Shown in pieces: positions 7,698 to 11,087 of a DNA stretch of 11,087 nucleotides. Position numbers and translations under genes: made by a program. How positions within the stretch are numbered: position 1 is the stretch's first letter; the number at the start of each line of letters is the position of its first letter. The notes beneath the pieces are model-generated. The model was not told where the DNA came from. It did not search any database and saw nothing but the letters and a program-made list of their open reading frames with translations. The DNA is from a virus. Lineage: Duplodnaviria; Heunggongvirae; Uroviricota; Caudoviricetes. The DNA is taken from IMG/VR virus record IMGVR_UViG_3300018080_000120. One strand, 5' to 3'.

Positions 7698-8454
7698 TCT
7701 GAAGCTGAAGAAAGAAACTTTACATCGTAGAGATGTAAAAGGACTATTTATAGGTGTACGATCTCTTTACGAAAAAGATGCTGCCGTCGTATTGACGAAA
7801 GATCCATTTATCTGGATTCAAAAAGGTGAGTATGTTCACATGCTCAATCTTACGAGATATGACGTGACAACAATAGAAATATCGGACGGTAGTGTGTCAA
7901 GCAGCACTATTTATACTGATCTTAACCAAGATTTGGCGCGGGAAAGATTGCAGCTCCTAATGGATTGTGTGACATCAGAGAAAAGAGTGCATGCCAATGG
8001 ATTGATTGACATCAATACATACAAAAGAATTCCAGAATACCTGGTGAAGGGAGTGGAAGAAGACTCAGAAATAAAACGTGGCACCACGACATTACCATCG
8101 CAGAATAAGTATACTAGTTCCTCTTCAACTACGACCAAGAAAACATGTACCGGAAATAAAAAACAAACTCAATCTTGGATAAAGAAAGTCCATACCAGTA
8201 CGTTCAAACGGACAACAAAATATGGTATTAAAAATGCTATGGAAAATATGGCGGCAAAAATAGACGCCATAAAGAATGGTACATATGAAGCGCCACAACT
8301 AAAAGAGATACCTGGAGACAAAGAGAAAGAAGAGCCGGCGGATAACACTCCTAAGTCTGCAATCACAGAAAATTGCGGTCATGTGCCTGCTGCCTTGGCA
8401 GCTCTCGCTAGCTATTCGCACGATGATGATCTTTTACCGGCAGGAATGTGCTAA
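7636..8454 (+). CDS. Hypothetical protein (272 aa) with a Ser/Thr/Lys-rich linker
   Basis: Long ORF. Start moved from TTG 7621 to ATG 7636 behind SD aaggagg at 7625-7631. Overlaps the GNAT 3' end by 62 nt. No family recognised. Confidence 0.8.
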   Translation: MALGIEYKKGKLKGLHYIVVDLKLKKETLHRRDVKGLFIGVRSLYEKDAAVVLTKDPFIWIQKGEYVHMLNLTRYDVTTIEISDGSVSSSTIYTDLNQDLARERLQLLMDCVTSEKRVHANGLIDINTYKRIPEYLVKGVEEDSEIKRGTTTLPSQNKYTSSSSTTTKKTCTGNKKQTQSWIKKVHTSTFKRTTKYGIKNAMENMAAKIDAIKNGTYEAPQLKEIPGDKEKEEPADNTPKSAITENCGHVPAALAALASYSHDDDLLPAGMC

Positions 8455-8460
8455 TTTCAC

Positions 8461-8490
8461 CTAGCAAAATCTTTATTTTATTCTATAATA
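8461..8490 (+). promoter_or_regulatory. Possible sigma-70-type promoter upstream of ruvB-sigma-cca-like genes
   Basis: Perfect TATAAT at 8484-8489 in the only sizeable, AT-rich intergenic gap. The hexamer 17 bp upstream (ctagca, 8461-8466) matches TTGACA at only 3 of 6 positions. Confidence 0.35.
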
Positions 8491-8511
8491 CATATAAAAA
8501 GAGGTAAGAGT

Positions 8512-9567
8512 ATGAAAATAATAGGCAATAAGGACATTATGAGTCAGCTTGCAGTTGCCGCTCATTCTGCCACTGTAGAAAATAGATCTCTGCCTCACAC
8601 TCTTTTAAGTGGGGCCGCTGGTTGTGGTAAAACCAGTACAGCTCGCCATATCGCTGAAAGAACTGGTTGTGGTATAATAGAAGTTCCGCCGGAGGGCATA
8701 AAATCTCGCGATGACATGTTGAGAATACGAGAAGCTTTTGATATCACTGGATATGATAGAATTGGAAATAAAGTCGGCAAAATAAGACCATCCATTCTAT
8801 TTATTGATGAGATTCATCGACTTCCCATCCGAGGCCAAGAGCATCTGGGTATAGCTATGGAAAATTGGATAATACCTCTTGATGAAAATCAAGTGAAACT
8901 TGGTTTGAATCTCAAAGAAAGTGTCCAATTTGGTTCAGCTGCCAAAGGCAGGGGTAGATGGTGTCCTCGGTTTACTTTGATTGGTGCAACAACTGATGAT
9001 GGACTACTTTCAAAACCATTTAAAGATCGATTTAAAATGAAATTCATATTCAATACTTATTCATTAGAAGAATCGATCGAAATAGTTAGTGTTCATGCAG
9101 AAAGATTGAAAGTGGAAATCACAGAAGATGCAGTGGAAGCTGTAGCGAAAAGAGGTCGAGGAGTGCCAAGAATTCTTGTGGGTCTCCTTGAAAGATGTAG
9201 AGACACTGCAATATCAGCCAAACTAAATACGATAAATGTAAATGTATGTAAAGTAGCTTTCATGTTGATGGGAGTAGACAACACTGGCCTAACCCAAACT
9301 GATATAAAGATATTGAAAACTCTTTATAAAAGCGGAGATCCTGTTGGTCTGGACAATCTGTCAATAATTGTAAATGAGTCTCGTAAGACCATCAGCGAAA
9401 CTATTGAACCATATCTTGTACAAAGGGGATTTATTTTGAGATCCTCAAGAGGCCGAACTTTAACAAAGAAAGGCCGGGAATATTTGATAGAAAATGGACA
9501 TGTTGAAGGAGAAGAAAACAATGTCGATTATATTGATATCCCATTAGATTACGAAAGGAGCATCTAA
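8512..9567 (+). CDS. ruvB: Holliday junction branch-migration ATPase RuvB homologue (divergent)
   Basis: Walker A GAAGCGKT, Walker B ILFIDEIHRL, FTLIGATT, arginine-finger KDRF, sensor-2 RGVPRI, and C-terminal winged-helix motifs PVGLDNLS and IEPYLVQRGFILRSSRGR. SD agaggt at 8500-8505. Confidence 0.9.
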   Translation: MKIIGNKDIMSQLAVAAHSATVENRSLPHTLLSGAAGCGKTSTARHIAERTGCGIIEVPPEGIKSRDDMLRIREAFDITGYDRIGNKVGKIRPSILFIDEIHRLPIRGQEHLGIAMENWIIPLDENQVKLGLNLKESVQFGSAAKGRGRWCPRFTLIGATTDDGLLSKPFKDRFKMKFIFNTYSLEESIEIVSVHAERLKVEITEDAVEAVAKRGRGVPRILVGLLERCRDTAISAKLNTINVNVCKVAFMLMGVDNTGLTQTDIKILKTLYKSGDPVGLDNLSIIVNESRKTISETIEPYLVQRGFILRSSRGRTLTKKGREYLIENGHVEGEENNVDYIDIPLDYERSI

Positions 9568-10472
9568 TGCCAATAAGAGAAAGAATAATCAAGGATGAGA
9601 AAGGCAATCCAGTTATAGATCCAGAAACGAATGAACCGAAAGTGGAAGTGGAAAAATTCTTGCCACATTTTCTTGGCGATACAGAGGCAGAAGCAACTGC
9701 AACTCTCAAAGAATACGAAAAAACAATGAAAATATTGGCTGACAAATTTCACATGATCACCGGTCTTGACGCCGACGATCTGAAAAGTGAATGTATGATT
9801 GGACTGGCAAGAGCAAAAAGAGATTTTGAAGAAGAGCGCAGCGAAATGTTTCGAACATTCGCCATCTACAAGATGAAAGACGCTCTCCGTGAATTCACAA
9901 CCAAACAAATGCTGGATGTTAAAGTTCCTCAGTATGTGAAAGATGCAGAGAAACTAATAAATGATCTGGCAAAATTGGTTGAAGCATGTCATGTAGTAAA
10001 AAATGCCAGCTTCCGTGACATCTGGTTGATGTCAGAAGCATGTGATGGGGATAAAAATATCCAAAAAGATATCGAGCGGATAAGAGAAAGCTTGACTAAT
10101 TTAGCGAACAGGTCTCATACCAGTGTAATTCAGTTATTGGAGAGAGCAGAAATGCTACCATCATCCACAATAGAAATAACTGACCACAATGTTTCGAATA
10201 TATCTATTGATACACACGAAGATGGGATGTTGGATAAGTTAAACATAAATGAGACCATAAAGAAATTGAAAAATTTCTTAACGGAAGATGAATATAAACT
10301 GCTATATGATTACTACGTGAACGGAAAAACAGAAAGGGAATTAGCCGTAGAATTAGGCATAAAGGCTCCATCAGTCCATATAAGATTACACAATACGTTA
10401 ACCAAGGTGAAAGAGCATAAGAAGGAGATCTTAACCGATGGAAGCGATCAAATTACTGAAGAGGCTGAATAA
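9567..10472 (+). CDS. RNA polymerase sigma-70 family sigma factor (group 3-like)
   Basis: Region 2: DDLKSECMIGLARAKRDFEEERSEMFRTFAIYKMKDAL, then VKVP. Region 4 HTH: LTEDEYKLLYDYYVNGKTERELAVELGIKAPSVHIRL. TAATG overlap with ruvB. SD aggag at 9556-9560. Confidence 0.9.
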   Translation: MPIRERIIKDEKGNPVIDPETNEPKVEVEKFLPHFLGDTEAEATATLKEYEKTMKILADKFHMITGLDADDLKSECMIGLARAKRDFEEERSEMFRTFAIYKMKDALREFTTKQMLDVKVPQYVKDAEKLINDLAKLVEACHVVKNASFRDIWLMSEACDGDKNIQKDIERIRESLTNLANRSHTSVIQLLERAEMLPSSTIEITDHNVSNISIDTHEDGMLDKLNINETIKKLKNFLTEDEYKLLYDYYVNGKTERELAVELGIKAPSVHIRLHNTLTKVKEHKKEILTDGSDQITEEAE

Positions 10473-11087
10473 AGAAACAGCAGCTGACGTATATTACTCA
10501 GGTGAATTCGTTAGAGATGTCGCAAGAAGAAAAAGATCAAACGACATAAGTGTAATCGTAAGGAATTTACCTTTCAAAAAAATTCTTAGTTTTATCAATT
10601 CATATAAAAAACGTCTGCACAAAATCTATTCTAACACAAGAAATAGTTATATACGATTTCAGCTGAAGGAAAGTAAGAACACGGTACATGTTCATCTGCC
10701 TCAAAAAAATGGTAAGCATAGTCCTTACTATACCTTAAACGAAGATGCTCGATGTCGAGACTTCACAATAAATGCCATGTATCTATCAGTTCAATCCATG
10801 TCAAGAGATCTTATAATAGATCCAGTTGGTGGACTGAAAGATATAAAACGGCGAAAAATAAAGACAGTGAGGGCCGCTCGGTATTTAGTAAAAAGAAATC
10901 CAGCGTCAATGATAAAAGCGGTGGCTTTATCTGCTAAGCTCAGATATCGAATAGATAACAACTTATTTTATGCCATAAAGGTCAATCATCAACTTGTGTC
11001 TCGGGTAAAAACTTCAGACATAAGAAATTCATTGGTAAATATACTACTTAGCCACCGACCGTCGAGATATTTTCGGATAATGAATGA
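10438..11087 (+). CDS. CCA-adding enzyme / poly(A) polymerase (class II nucleotidyltransferase) homologue with degenerate catalytic motifs; 3'-truncated and not in the ORF track
   Basis: Manual translation from ATG 10438 (SD gaaggag 10421-10427) stays open to the window end: MEAIKLLKRLNKETAADVYYSGEFVRDVARRKRSNDISVIV...LNEDARCRDFTINAMY...IIDPVGGLKDIKRRKIKTV...RNPASMIKAVALSAKL...DIRNSLVNILLSHRPSRYFRIMN. RDFTINAM and DPxGGLxD are diagnostic of the family. Confidence 0.88.
   Translation, partial: MEAIKLLKRLNKETAADVYYSGEFVRDVARRKRSNDISVIVRNLPFKKILSFINSYKKRLHKIYSNTRNSYIRFQLKESKNTVHVHLPQKNGKHSPYYTLNEDARCRDFTINAMYLSVQSMSRDLIIDPVGGLKDIKRRKIKTVRAARYLVKRNPASMIKAVALSAKLRYRIDNNLFYAIKVNHQLVSRVKTSDIRNSLVNILLSHRPSRYFRIMN

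Noticed and set aside
8449-8466. Inverted repeat tgcta-8 nt-tagca after the 7636-8454 ORF as a possible terminator
   Set aside because: The stem is only 5 bp and AT-rich, with no adjacent U-tract, so it is too weak to call.
8452-8514. The 7636-8454 ORF and ruvB are in the same frame, separated by one TAA and 19 sense codons (possible readthrough fusion)
   Set aside because: A 1-in-3 coincidence. ruvB has its own SD and the spacer looks like an AT-rich promoter region. All other genes end normally at TAA/TAG/TGA, so there is no sign of stop-codon reassignment.
10752-10937. 61-aa + strand ORF listed in the track
   Set aside because: Nested out of frame within the longer CCA-like reading frame starting at 10438, which has diagnostic motifs and an SD.

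Overview
A gene-dense block with every supportable gene on the + strand, strong GGAGG-type Shine-Dalgarno sites and overlapping stop/start codons. It most resembles a large bacteriophage or prophage-like element (inference; no structural genes are in view). Bases 1-7697 hold an expanded amide/peptide-ligase cluster related to the phage phiEco32-type system: a 5'-truncated putative COOH-NH2 ligase, class II glutamine amidotransferase #1, an unknown protein with a SAM-binding-like motif, class II amidotransferase #2 with a ~400-aa extension, a phiEco32-like COOH-NH2 ligase type 2, an ATP-grasp ligase and a GNAT acetyltransferase. An unknown ORF follows. After the only sizeable intergenic gap (57 bp, with a perfect TATAAT) come a divergent RuvB, a sigma-70-family sigma factor, and a CCA-adding/poly(A) polymerase homologue that is absent from the ORF track because it runs off the window end. 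The catalytic motifs of that last protein are degenerate. All family calls come from motif recognition by eye, not from database searches. I recognised no RNA genes, CRISPR arrays or transposases.
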